Assembly (NCBI GenBank): GCA_905178155.1
Contig: CAJINV010000035.1
Coordinates: 119,571 to 137,164, forward strand
Length of the DNA stretch: 17,594 nucleotides
DNA from: Amoebophrya sp. A120
Taxonomy: Eukaryota; Protista; Dinoflagellata
Direction of reading: 5' to 3'
The translations under genes were made by a program, and so were the position numbers. The notes under the pieces are model-generated. The model was not told where the DNA came from. It did no database searches and saw only the letters and a program-made list of their open reading frames with translations. Of the stretch, positions 6,466 to 17,531 are shown piece by piece (the first letter of the stretch is position 1; every line of letters begins with the position of its first letter).

Positions 6466-7937
6466 AATTCGTTAAACTTCTAGAACACATTTTTCCTATC
6501 AAATACCGATCTTTTCCTGTGTCGTCGCTGCGGCCACACCACCAGGAGGCACGTCGGCCGTCGTCGGTGGTACCAACAAATTCGGTTGTTCTCGGTCTTG
6601 TGAACTACCAACTGCCGCTGCCGCCACACTTGTTTCGCTTTCCCCGTTCGTGAACAATTCCGGTACTATGTTCTGTTGCAAGTTCAACGTGCTCGTGCTC
6701 TGCTCGTGATTATTCCATGGGACTGGTCCGCTTTGGTGCGCAGGAGTCACAGCCGCTGCATATCAAGAAGAAAAATCCCCCCTCCCCATACCAAAACGAA
6801 AATCTGTGATGCAGATTTGTGGTCATAAATCAGCTTTCTCGTGCTAGAAGGACAGAGAGAGATGCGGAGCGTAATGCTGGCTTGCATGGGAAAGCCTTGC
6901 GCCTTCAGCAGGACAGAAAACCAGTGAAAGTGGATAGCAGCATGACAAATTGCCTGCAAACGAGGCCGCAGCTGCCTCTCGTGGCCTTTTAGCACTGCAA
7001 GGCGATTTTTGCACTCAAATACAGCATCACAAATTTCGTTTTCGATATGGGGAGGGGGGATTTTTCCTTTTGATACTGCAACGGAATCAGCTGCTCGTCG
7101 TGCTGCATCGGCCGGCGCAGACGTAGCTGTCATCGCCGCCGGGACGAGACTTGTTTCAGCCAGCTGGCCTTGACCAGATGCGGGGGGTCGGCTGCTGGAC
7201 GAACTAGAACTGGAGCTGGTCGTGGGGGCTTCCGGCTGTTTATGCTCGGTGAAATTATTATGACCACCTGCAATGTCAATTTGTTATGCAGGTATATATG
7301 CCTATTTGCCATGACAAATTCCATTTCGTGCCGTCTCAAGACGATCGTCTGCGACGAGTGCATGACAAATTGCCATCTCTCGTCGAGCTGGTACATTTAT
7401 TTCCACCTGATACGACCGTCTCAGCGTACTTTGCCCTGCTTGTAGTCCCAGCGTGTCGACAGTTGCGGCATTACCGCCCGAGTGCGGCGCAGTTGTCGTC
7501 GCAACATCATTGGGAACGTCGGTCCTCGCCACCCGCAGCTGCCGCTCGTCCTCCTTTTGTTTCTTCTCAAAGCACACCATAGCCGCTATGGCGTTCTCAA
7601 ATGTTGCATTCTCAACAGTTACATGATTTGCCATGCAAAACGAGCATCAACGTCCACATGGTGAAGCTACTGCGCATGACAAATTTTGGAAGGGCTAAAC
7701 AGGATGAGAGCCTGTGCCGAATTTGTAATGCAAGAGTTGCAAGATCCGGCCTTTCTCTGTTGCCATTCTTGCATCGCAAATTCATGTAAGAACAGTTGAG
7801 AACGTAACAATTGAGAATCCCATAGCCGCCTGCACGCAGAGCGCGTTCAGCTTCTTTTTCGCCAGCTTTTCGGAGTACTTCTCGGCGAGCCGGTCGAAAA
7901 GGTGCTGCACATCCGGCGCGCGGATGTTGTTCAACAT
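6242..7937 (-). CDS. Host gene 1, hypothetical protein of about 297 aa, 5 exons (approx. 7937-7825, 7581-7413, 7235-7076, 6755-6507, 6444-6242)
   Basis: aaaATG at 7937. Removing 243, 177, 320 and 62 nt gives a stop-free frame MLNNIRAPDVQHLFDRLAEKYSEKLAKKKLNALCVQAAMVCFEKKQKED...DSVAAAVTPAHQ...TQEKIALFKAVNKLEADQRRRE...SQSPV*. The 3' end is uncertain. Confidence 0.7.
6445..6506 (-). other. 62-nt GT-AG intron, probable decayed introner
   Basis: Minus strand ATCG|GTATTTG...CCATACCAG|CCCTG joins ORF 6499-6750 to ORF 6242-6502 in frame. The core 6449-6505 keeps tat...ata ends. Confidence 0.65.
6761..7075. mobile_element. Introner/MITE family A
   Basis: About 50-bp TIR (tatcaagaagaaaaatcccccctcccc / ggggagggggatttttccttttgata); perfect DR ctgca; 320-nt removal restores frame. 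Confidence 0.9.
7241..7412. mobile_element. Degenerate introner
   Basis: tat...gata ends, imperfect TIR, catgacaaatt motifs; DR decayed (ctgtt/cgacc); 177-nt removal keeps frame. Confidence 0.65.
7587..7824. mobile_element. Introner/MITE family B
   Basis: TIR tatggcgttctcaaatgtt / aacaattgagaatcccata; perfect DR gccgc; 243-nt removal restores frame. Confidence 0.9.
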
Positions 7938-9981
7938 TTTCTCCTCTGGTAGACTTAAACTTAGGGCGTTTCAATCGTATCTTCCGATTTTTGTTCGCTT
8001 CTCCTCTTTTCTATGCTACACAAATTGAACAAAGATTGCTGCCTTGTTGGCCGAGGGGTTTGTGTGATCAGAAGCCTCTGACACAAGCCTAGGTTGAAAG
8101 TAAAATGGTATTGGGAAATAAGGGTAGACCTTGCTACTCGGGAAAAATTGCAGGGTAAAATCCACAATGGAAGTAATAGTGGAGCCTTGGGCCGTGGATG
8201 TATCCTTACTCTCCTTGGTTTATCATCAAGTTCCTCTCTGCTGATAGGACTAGTTCTGCATGTAAAAAACTTATTTACAGATGGTGCGCAAGAAGACGGT
8301 GAAAAACAGAATAGCTTTCCTCTCAAAAGAAAACTCTCGACCACACCCGGAAAAAAACAAGGAACAAAAACTCGTGATGGCACAACACACAGTAGCGGCA
8401 CCCTCACCGTAACTCGCTATAAGAAAAAAACATATGCTGCACTGAAAAGATTTTTTGGGGTACGTCCTGGGGGAAGAAAACGCGGACTCGCTCGTAGCAC
8501 AACTACGAGGAGAGGTGTGGGGTACAACAATACGACGTTGGGTACAACAACATTGAACACATTTGAAGAAGTCGAACATCATCTTCGTTCGAGCCGCGAG
8601 GTCTGCATCAGTAATAAACCCAGGTCTAGTGCTAATCTAATAGGACAAGTTTGCGATTCTCAGACAACAAAATCAGTTTTTTCGGTTTTTGTTCATTTTT
8701 TTGCATCGCCTTGAAGATTTGATGCCCCTGCACAAGAAATCACTTCACTTTCTTGATATTCATCGAATGCCTCATCCTATTTACATGTCATCATGCCCGT
8801 CATCTGTATTGGAAAGTTCCATATGGTCAATCTTTCAAATCAAAAATCGTCCATGGTTTCACCTTTGTTATAGTCGTCTGTAATCTTTTAGTGGTTGTGG
8901 TTGTCGTCAAGCGGTCAGCATGCTGTTGTCCAGCAAGTGAGAGGTCCGTCGAGTATTATCGTATAAAAATCGGTGCAAAAGTTATTGTACTGAAGTGTGG
9001 ATTCAATATTCAATTTTTCTCTCGACAGCTGCAAAAGCAAGGTGCTGTGGCTTCGTCTCACATGACAACGAGCAAAGTTTTTCTAGAAAGTGATTTCCAA
9101 CGTCGAAAATGCAGGTATAATCTTCATTCCTCTGTACTATCTGTATCCTATGGTATTGTATATAGTGTTAAGACCTCAAGCTCTTGTGCTGGTTGTGCCG
9201 AGATTTTGTTTCATATTGCCTGCTACAAGAGAGCATGGAAAGAAAAAAGTTCCGTTATTATGTGCAAAAAATATCAGCTTGAGTGTAATTCTTCTGCGAC
9301 AGACACAGAGGCCGTAAACTTTTGCAAACGTAAAAGTCCTCACAAGGCAGTGCAAAATTGCATGCAACTCTAGAAATACATCAAGTTGAAATATAGTATG
9401 CGCTGTTACGTAAAAACTATCGCAGTCGCTTCTGCAGCACAAAGAACTAGGGGCACGACCACATCGAAGGAAGATGTGGCAAAGTAGTGCTGTAAATTTT
9501 CATTTCAACGTTGTAGCAAAACTCCGTTTGGAAAACAAAAGGCTTCATCTTTTATCTCTTTCATGTTAGGTACCAATACTAGTACAGCTGCTTTTCTTGT
9601 TAGCGTATGATAAAATTTTTTAGGCTTTCAAAAATGAGTTGCCCTGTTGTTCGGCGCAACGTACTGGTACAAGTCGGCCTCACTTTCGTATTTCGCAAAA
9701 GCAAATCGTAAAAAGAAAAATTATGGTTACATCTACAAAAAACTGCCGCAGGTAGTAGCAGCGCGTCAAGCTGTCATGTATAGAGGCTCTGCACGCGGCC
9801 TCTTAGGAAAATTTTCTAGGCATTAAGTGTGCCCTTCCGGTATAGGTAAGAGCTTTCAAGAATTTGACCAACCGTACACGTGCCCGAAAAGCATAAAGTA
9901 ACGTCCATAGTCTTCTAAGCACGGTTCGCCAGCACGGGCTCGAAATTCATAGATTAACGCCCGTAGTGATCGATGTCCTTT

Positions 9982-10249
9982 TATCAAATGTAAAAGAAAA
10001 AGTGTCTGGGTTTGGAAGAGTGCGCCATTTGTCATGCAGCTTTTCCATGACCCATGAAGCCTGGAATGCAGGACCTAGCATGACAGATTCTGCGCGATCT
10101 CTCTCATGCCTATCCTGCATGAGAAACTCCCTCCCGACTTGGTCAAAACGGGAAGACTTTTGGTACTCATGCAACACAGATTTTTGCACGCTTCAGATTT
10201 AGCATGACAAGTTGCATTCTTCCAGACCCAGACATATTTGCAGTTGATA
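9982..10249. mobile_element. MITE/introner family C2, host gene unresolved
   Basis: TIR tatcaaatgtaaa...gtctgggtttggaag / cttccagacccagacatatttgcagttgata; interior is the reverse complement of 16665-16932; no matching 5-bp DR. Confidence 0.8.
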
Positions 10250-10628
10250 TAACTTGCGGATGTACGATTGATTCCCGGCCGTCTGCTGGCCGTAACAAAA
10301 AAATCACCAATGCGACGAGATTCATACAGCTGTACTAGAAAGCGATAAACGAGTATTATATGGTCTCATTAAATAAACGCAGGTTCATCTGATATTGGCA
10401 TGAAGCAATGCTAGTAGAATTGTTTGGTTAATAATATGAGAGCATTTTTTGTAATTTTAGGTCTTTTATTTCGTGTAGGTCGTCTATAATAGACTCTTAC
10501 AATTGATGATAGTATTACAACGTCGTTTTCGTTTTTTCTTGGTTCACCAATATATCAGATAAGTCGAAAATAAACAGTAGCAGTACACCAGTGGTTAACT
10601 CGCGTCACTTGATGCTTACTACAAGCAC

Positions 10629-13600
10629 TTACTTCACCATTGGCGCGGGCTGCTTGCCGCCTGGAGTTGTAGGCGCAGAATATGGCGTTCTCAAACGTTA
10701 CTAGTACACTCTCAACCGTTACTGTTACATGAATTTCACATGCATATGCAAGAGATGAACAGCAACAGAAACAGTTATGTAAAGGGGCAAATCTTCGTTG
10801 ATCATGCTGCTTTCGCATCACAGATTTGTTGGCACAGATTTGATTGCTGTTTAGCCCTTCGGAGATTTGTCATGCGAAATAGCTTGACTGTCCGGCGGAT
10901 TGGGGTAGTTTTGCATGAGATTTCACGTAACATCAGTGGAACGTAACGCTTGAGAATCTGATACAGCAGGAACAGCTCCTAGTGTCACCTGCCGTCCCGT
11001 CACCGAGGGTTCTTGAGCCTGCGCTGCAGCGGACGACGACGAGATATGAACATGGCCGCTTGATGTTAAACCGCCGTGCTGCAACGTCGTGCTCGAGTCA
11101 ACAACACCTTGTTGTTGATGTGGTACCACGGTCGTGCGACGCGTTTCCCTTGCGGTCATGAGGCGCTCACCAACGCGGGCGAAGGAGCTAGCCGAACTTT
11201 TGCTATAAGACGGCCCCTATGCATTGCAAATATGTTTGGGTCTGGAAACTTGTGATGCTAAAATGTGGACGATGGCAACACTTTTGCATGCAGCTCAGCA
11301 TGACACCTTCCCAGAATGCTTTCTCATAGGAAGTCCGCATGAGAAACTGCGTTTTTGCATGACAAAAGTGGCTGCGTCCTTTGTTGCTTATGCAATACAG
11401 ATTTCCCAGTAATGCAGAGCTAGCATTACAAGTTCCAATTTTCCAGACATTTTTGCAGTTGATAGTCCCGACCCCGAGGCCGCTGCCGTAGTGTTGCTCG
11501 AACCGGCAGACCGCGTACTTATCCAAGAAGAAAACTGTGTAGATGTAAGCCTGCAATGCAAAGTACGCAACACAGATACATCTGTCATGCTGGCCAGCCA
11601 TGATGAAGTCCTGTTTTCATATGTTTTTTCTAGTACTAGCTGATGTGCATGACAGGTTTTGTTCTCTGTCATGCAGAGCAAATTTGTCATGCTGTCACTC
11701 CAAGACAGCTACACTCACCCAGTTTTTATCTTGCATAGTACTAGGCGTGTGATCAATGGCCGCGCGGGCGGAAAGTGGCGGGGGTGCCGAGGACAGCGAA
11801 GTAGATCCGGGTAGAGCAGCCCCTTGATGGCCGCTGGTAGAAGAGCCAGCCCCCAGTAGGGGGCCCCGGTGGTGCTGATGCCCCGTTCTGCTCGACGGCG
11901 TCACAGCTTGCGGTAGGGAAACTCCCCCCTGGTGTAGTTGCGCTTGCAGCTGCCCCGGAGCACTGTGGCTAGTCCCGCCCCGAGCTGCCGGCGAAGACGG
12001 GGCTCTCGCCGCGGGAAGAGGAGATGGAAAAATTGATGCTGGCGGTTGATGCGGCACCGCAACTGCTGCAGCGGGAGTTGCGCTAGATTGCTGGCTTTGA
12101 AGATGATCGCCCGTTTGGAGTCGGAGGGAAGATTCGGTTTCCCTGATTCCCCGCCCGCCACTCTCCGTCCTTGCCACTACACCTGCTCGTCCCGTGCCAA
12201 AATTATAGAGCGGATCCGCCGCGACTCTACTCGGAACTTTCGCCGGCGTGTTTATCTTGTAGTCCATCTGCATCGTCTTCAGGAGCTCCTTGTAATTTGA
12301 CGTGAGATGAAGACCCCCAGTTTTGCTATCTGCTTCCAAAGCCCCCGTGCTTGTGGCTGGGCGGTCGGAAACGCTACGGTGCCACAGAGTTCGAGCCATC
12401 GCAGCCTCCAGGGGGTCTTCCTCTTCTTGCTGCAGGAGCTCTGGGTCAACATTTGAAGCAACTTCCCCAGTAGGTGGACGTCCTCGCCCGTCCGCAGGTT
12501 GTTGGCGACACGAACTTCTCGATCGCATCTGCAAGATTTCATCGGACATCGCGCGTGACCACAGGGGCCGCCCTTGTTCCTCTTCTTGTTCCCATTCGGG
12601 GGCAAAAAGGTCCGGTGACGCAGCTCCTGTAGTTGTCATCAACGTCGGGTCGGAAGAACTCAGCGGGGGAAGTTGTGGATCATGGTGGTCTATGGAGGAT
12701 TGCAAATATCCCTGGATGTCGAAAAACTTGTAATGCTGAATGGTCATGCTTGACTGTGCCTGTAAGTGCAGTGCAGCATGACAAATGTTTCAAACGCTTT
12801 CTCATCCGCAGAACGCATTACGAACTGCGCTTTTGCATGACGAACGTGTCGTGGCGCTCTATTTGCTGCTTATGCAATACAGATTTTTTAGGAATGCGGA
12901 ACATGCAATACAGGCTCAACCTTCCAGACTCAGACATATTTGCACTCGATACGGTGCTGCGCCGCCGTTTGGTTGATCTTGCCAGGAGGACCACCACCAG
13001 CATATTGAAGCGGAGCGCCGCCCGAAGTAGTTTTAGAGGCACTTCTACTGCGGCTCGCCTGCTGCTCCGCACTGGCATTGGTATTGGCAACTACATCTTC
13101 TGCACGACTAGCGGTCTTGCCGAGATGAACAATTGGGTCCATAACAAGAGCAGGACTTTCATCTTCAATCGGAGCATTCCTGATGCAGACCTGCGCCAGT
13201 TGGTCGCAGAGTCCGGCGATATTATCAACTAGAGAAGAAGGAGCCTCTTCATGATTAGATTGCTGTTCTGGCGCAGGAGGAGGAGAAGTAGGTCCTGCAG
13301 CTCCTGTACTATCGGATCCTGTAGCACAACAACCTGACGGTGTTTGATCGATCTTATCAAGTGGATCGCCAGCATGCTGCCGGTTATTTTGAGCGCCCGA
13401 AGTTCCAGAGGTACTTCTGCTTTGGCTCGTCTTTTCAGCCTCTTCACGCGGATGTTGCTGTTGCGCAGGAGGAGCTCCTGCACCTGTATTAGATCCTGTA
13501 CCTGCAGCTTCAGTATGATTCTTACGGGCGGCCGTTTCTTGTTCATCATCTTTGCCGTGACGACGGGTCGACGACGTTCTTGGCGACGGTTCTTCACAAT

Positions 13601-16600
13601 TACGCAGCTCAACATCCTCGACCCCAGACCGGTGTTCTATCGCAAGAAAAAACTGTTTCACTATGAACTTGTGATGCATAGAATAGAACGCAGAACTATT
13701 TGTCTTGCTACACCTGCAAGCTATTGGATTTTTAAGCGCGTTTTCCCTTGGAAAGCGCGCACGGCAAATTTTCTGTGTCATGTGTAGCAAACTTGTGATG
13801 CGGATCTTGCAAAACCATCACAGTGAAACAGTTTTTTCGTGGGATATGTTCTTCATCCACTTTATTCATTTTCGACGGAGCAGCTACAGGTGCCGGCTTT
13901 GCGTCCGCGTGCTGCTCTACTAGTGCTTGCACATCAGCGGAAGAAGTTTTTGTAGTGGTAGTTTTATTGTTCTTCCCACCTGCGGCGCCGCTCGTGGTCG
14001 ACGTCCACTTATCATCTACTATAGGATTGCCTGCTAGATCAAAAACCCGGACGACCTGCTGTCCCGGGTGGACACCGCGTGCTGTGTTCTATCAAATGCA
14101 AAAGCATCGTACTAGTATGAATTGCATGACAAATTTCCTCACCATGAGAAATGGAATTTGTAATGCTGATTGACATAACGAAAAAGATTTGTAATGCATA
14201 ACTGCAATGACTACGAGTACGAGACCTTTGCACTGGATATGTTCCTTGAACACGCAAGGTTCGTCCTGGACGCAAGGCTGTGCAGTATCCTGAGTAAAAA
14301 CGTCCCCACACCAGAGTTGTCATGCAGATTTGCCATGACAGGAACATTTGTGATGCGCAACCCCATGACAGGCATTTTCAATCGTGTTTGGGAACTTGTA
14401 ATGCTGTAAACAGGATCAGCAGATCGATTTGTGACGCGGCTTTCCTTGCTAACTTGCACCACCTTACGGACTGAAACTTGTCATGCGTGACTCACAAAAC
14501 TCCTAGGCTTGTGTTGCAAAATCCCCATCCTGAGACTGGTGTGGGTACGTTTTATTTTACTCAGGATATGCAGGTTTTTGTCGGTAAGAGGACTAGCGAA
14601 GGTTGATTGCTCTACTGGCCCTCGAGATCCACTGTCCGACCTCGGCTTGCTATGAGAGTGCACAACTAGAAGTACTTACCCCTCCCCATCATTTGTCTAT
14701 GCAAAATACAAAACCAACACTGTGCCTCTTTGCACTGTTTGCATGACAAGTTTTGGCATCTCAATGAATAGCACGACCAACTTCCTGTGCGAATTTCTCA
14801 TGCAAAACCTGCATTCTTGCTGACGCTTGTATTGCTGTTTATGCGATGCAAATGAGGGGGAGGGGGAGTAGTTGTGCACTGTCATACTTGAGCTGGTCCT
14901 CGTCGCCGATATCTTCCTCGTCCAACATTGACTGTATCAACTGCAAATATGTCTGGGTCTTGTCATGCACGTTTTGCATGAAGCATGATCGGTCTGTGAT
15001 GCATGCCCCAGCATCACTGACTCTTTGACCGCTTCTTGATGCCTCTTCCGCATGACAAATGCCCCTACGACCGCGTAGCAAAAGTTACATTCTCTTATTT
15101 GCTATTGCTGCTCATGCAATACAGAGTTTTCCGGAATTCAAATGCAGCATCACAAGTTCTTGCATTCTTCCAGACATCCAGACATATTTGCAGTTAATAG
15201 ACTGGCCTGAAGAACGCACTCCGACGTCCCACAACTCTTGCACATCCTGGATGATGGTTACCTCGTTGCGCTATCGTGAGGAAAAATCCCCATTCCCTGT
15301 ATCGAAAAGGAGATTTGTGATGCTGGATTTGAGTGCACAAATTTACATGTATTGCTAGAAGGCCAAGAGACGCAGACGCGGCCTCACTTGCAGGCAATTT
15401 GTCATGCTCTTTCCCGCTTCCAGTTGCTTCCTGTCATGCTGAAGACGCAAGGCTGACTCAGGTCAGCCAGCCCTACGGTCTGGATCTCTTTCGTTGTAGC
15501 ATCACAGCGGGACTTGTGATCACAAATCATGCTACACAAATCTCCATTTGAGTATGGGGAGGCGAGGTAGTTTTTCATTGTAATATGCGCTCGTAAGAAG
15601 GACCTTCATGATCGGGCGCGGCCCCCGCCCCGATTCCATTCGATCGGCCTGCATATGCTGTGCAAAAGCACCGCACTCGTAGTACTAATCGCATTCATGC
15701 ATTGCAAATCTTTTTATTCAGGTAAATCCGCATTACAAAATCCGTTTCTAATGCTGAGCAAATTTGTAATGCGATTTCTACTAGTACGATACTTTTGCAA
15801 GGCATACTGCAGCCCGGTCGGCAGTTCCCACGCTCGCGGACGACAGTATCCCGTTGCCACCTCCCGAGGAATCACCTCCAACCACACTCGTGAGCCGCAT
15901 TCGCAACATGGCCAGCAGGTCGTACCGCACGTTTTCCTGTCTCTCCCGGATATTTTCCCTCCGCTCGCGCCGCCGATCTTGCTCTTGCTTGGATCGTATC
16001 AAATGCAAATATGTCTGGGTCTGGAAACTTGTGATGCTACAATGTGGATGATGGGAAGAGTTCCGAATGCAACCCAGCATGATAACTTTCCAGAACGCTT
16101 TTTCATAGGCAATCCGCATAAAAAAATGCGTTTTGGCATGTACAAAAGAGGCTGCGACTTTTGTTGTTTATGCAATACAGATTTTCTAGGTATGGAAAGA
16201 TAGCATTACAAGTTCCAACCTCCTAGACCCAGACATTTTTGCAATCCATAGATCGCGCCAGTTCGTTCCGCGCGACCTCCTGCACTGTGGTTTCTTGTTT
16301 TGTACGTGGACCAATAAATCTGGTTGCGTCGTCCTATCCTGAGCAAAAACGTCCCCACCCCAGAGTTGTCATGCAAATCTGCATGCCAAAAATGTTTCTC
16401 ATGCGGAGCCCCAACATGAGAAGCATTTTCTATGCGTGTTTGGAATTTGTGATGCTATAATCAGCATGATATACTAGATCTAAGATGCTGCTGAACTACC
16501 TAAACAGGATGACACTACGAGGACAAATTTGTCATGCCAAACGACCAAAGGTGGCTGATTTGTCTAGCAGATTTCCCATCTTGACTCTGGTGTGGGGACG

Positions 16601-17531
16601 TTTTTGCAAATAATACGACCACCGCGGAGGTCATCCCACTCTCTAGTGCTCCCATGATGCACACTATGCGTTGCAAAGCTGTCTGGGTCTGGAAGATCGC
16701 AACTTGTCATGGTAATTCTGGATACTGCAGAAATCTGTGCTGCATGATTACCAAAAGCTGTCCACTTTTGACCAAGCTGAGAGGGAGCTTCTCATGCAAA
16801 CGAGGCATGATAGAGGTCGGGGAGATGAGTCTGTCATGCTGGGGCATGTATGACAGACCGCACGCACCATAGAAAACCTGCATGACAAGTCTTCCAACCT
16901 TCCAGACCCAGACATTTTTTTTGTATTTGATACACATTCCGTGGTTACAATTGTCGCTTCCATAGACTTATGAACTGCAAAAGCATCGTACTCGTATAAA
17001 TGCATTACAAATTTCCTTAGCATGAGAAATAAAATTTGTAATGCGGGTTCACCTTAAGAAAAAGATTTGTAATGCATGACTGCAATACGAGTACCATACT
17101 TTTGCACGGGATAACACTCCGGAATCCGCGCCGCCATTCGCTCTGCTGCCAGACAAAAAAGACCCGTTATCGTTCTCGTAAACGGTATGGAAGTGTCAGA
17201 ATCGAAATTGATAAAATCGAAAAACTTGTGATGCATAAAATCGATACCAGTTGGATCCTCAGTTTGCAAGCGGCGCATGACAAATTTCGGGAGCACCGAA
17301 ATCCTGTCTGTCATGCTGTTTGAGCAAAGAAGACTGCTCCTGTCATGGTACTCTGGCAGCACATTGCATACCCCTAAACAGGCTTACAATCTGTCTCATT
17401 TGCCTGCTCCCCAATACAGGCCTCGAGTGCCCTACATTTTACGCATCACAAATTTTTCGATTTTGTCGATTTCGATCCTGACACATCCATAAACGGCGGT
17501 TCGGCTGCTCGCGTCGGAGTCCGATACTGTC
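10629..17531 (-). CDS. Host gene 2 (5' part outside window), about 1000 aa visible, >=17 exons, largely low-complexity protein
   Basis: Approx. exons 17531-17492, 17180-17114, 16963-16933, 16659-16616, 16329-16251, 15991-15807, 15648-15586, 15266-15200, 14929-14871, 14671-14569, 14280-14240, 14084-13847, 13632-12952, 12685-11738, 11514-11465, 11212-10964, 10675-10629 (2992 nt). They read without stops to ...KQPAPMVK*. One LRR-like motif, VVRVFDLAGNPI, near 14020-14055. Confidence 0.82.
10681..10963. mobile_element. Introner family B
   Basis: Ends like 7587-7824; DR cagaa/cagca; 288-nt removal in frame. Confidence 0.85.
11218..11464. mobile_element. Introner family C1
   Basis: TIR tatgcattgcaaatatgt / acatttttgcagttgata; DR gcccc/gtccc; similar to 15997-16250; 252-nt removal in frame. 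Confidence 0.87.
11520..11737. mobile_element. Introner (aagaaaactg-type ends)
   Basis: tatccaagaagaaaactg / cagtttttatcttgcata; perfect DR gtact; 223-nt removal joins HTPST-RSAG. Confidence 0.87.
12691..12951. mobile_element. Introner family C1
   Basis: Interior similar to the 11218 and 15997 elements; DR tggtc/cggtg; 266-nt removal joins ORFs 12930-13790 and 11695-12747. Confidence 0.83.
13638..13846. mobile_element. Introner (aaaaaactgtttcact-type ends)
   Basis: TIR tatcgcaagaaaaaactgtttcact / agtgaaacagttttttcgtgggata; perfect DR tgttc; 214-nt removal in frame. Confidence 0.9.
14090..14239. mobile_element. Introner family D
   Basis: TIR tatcaaatgcaaaagcatcgtact / agtacgagacctttgcactggata; perfect DR tgttc; 155-nt removal in frame. 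Confidence 0.9.
14286..14568. mobile_element. Introner family E
   Basis: TIR tatcctgagtaaaa / ttttactcaggata; perfect DR tgcag; 288-nt removal in frame. Confidence 0.9.
14677..14870. mobile_element. Introner with TAC...GTA ends
   Basis: TIR tacccctccccatcatttg / caaatgagggggagggggagta; DR gtact/gttgt; 199-nt removal in frame. Confidence 0.75.
14935..15199. mobile_element. Introner with family C ends
   Basis: TIR tatcaactgcaaatatgtctgg / ccagacatatttgcagttaata; perfect DR gactg; 270-nt removal in frame. Confidence 0.9.
15272..15585. mobile_element. Introner family A (opposite orientation to 6761-7075)
   Basis: Perfect DR tgcgc; interior reverse-complementary to the 6761 element; 319-nt removal in frame. 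Confidence 0.9.
15654..15806. mobile_element. Introner family D (opposite orientation to 14090 and 16969)
   Basis: Perfect DR ctgca; reverse complement aligns to 14090-14239; 158-nt removal in frame. Confidence 0.9.
15997..16250. mobile_element. Introner family C1
   Basis: TIR tgcaaatatgtctgggtct / agacccagacatttttgca; perfect DR gatcg; 259-nt removal in frame. Confidence 0.9.
16335..16615. mobile_element. Introner family E
   Basis: TIR gcaaaaacgtccccac / gtggggacgtttttgc; DR cgtcc/cgacc; 286-nt removal in frame. Confidence 0.88.
16665..16932. mobile_element. Introner family C2
   Basis: TIR tgtctgggtctggaag / cttccagacccagaca; DR cacac/cacat; 273-nt removal in frame. Confidence 0.88.
16969..17113. 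mobile_element. Introner family D
   Basis: Similar to 14090-14239; DR agact/acact; 150-nt removal in frame. Confidence 0.88.
17186..17491. mobile_element. Introner (tgtcagaatcgaaat-type ends)
   Basis: About 48-bp TIR tatggaagtgtcagaatcgaaattgataaaatcgaaaa / ttttcgattttgtcgatttcgatcctgacacatccata; perfect DR aacgg; 311-nt removal in frame. Confidence 0.9.

Noticed and set aside
8094-9373. 206-aa + strand ORFs 8094-8714 and 8753-9373
   Set aside because: Non-ATG starts, AT-rich, no recognisable domain; cannot be supported as genes.
11203-17492. Many short Cys/Met-rich ORFs, and a CRISPR-like reading of the recurring repeats
   Set aside because: The ORFs are translations of introner sequence. 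The repeats are inverted, heterogeneous and irregularly spaced, not a repeat-spacer array.
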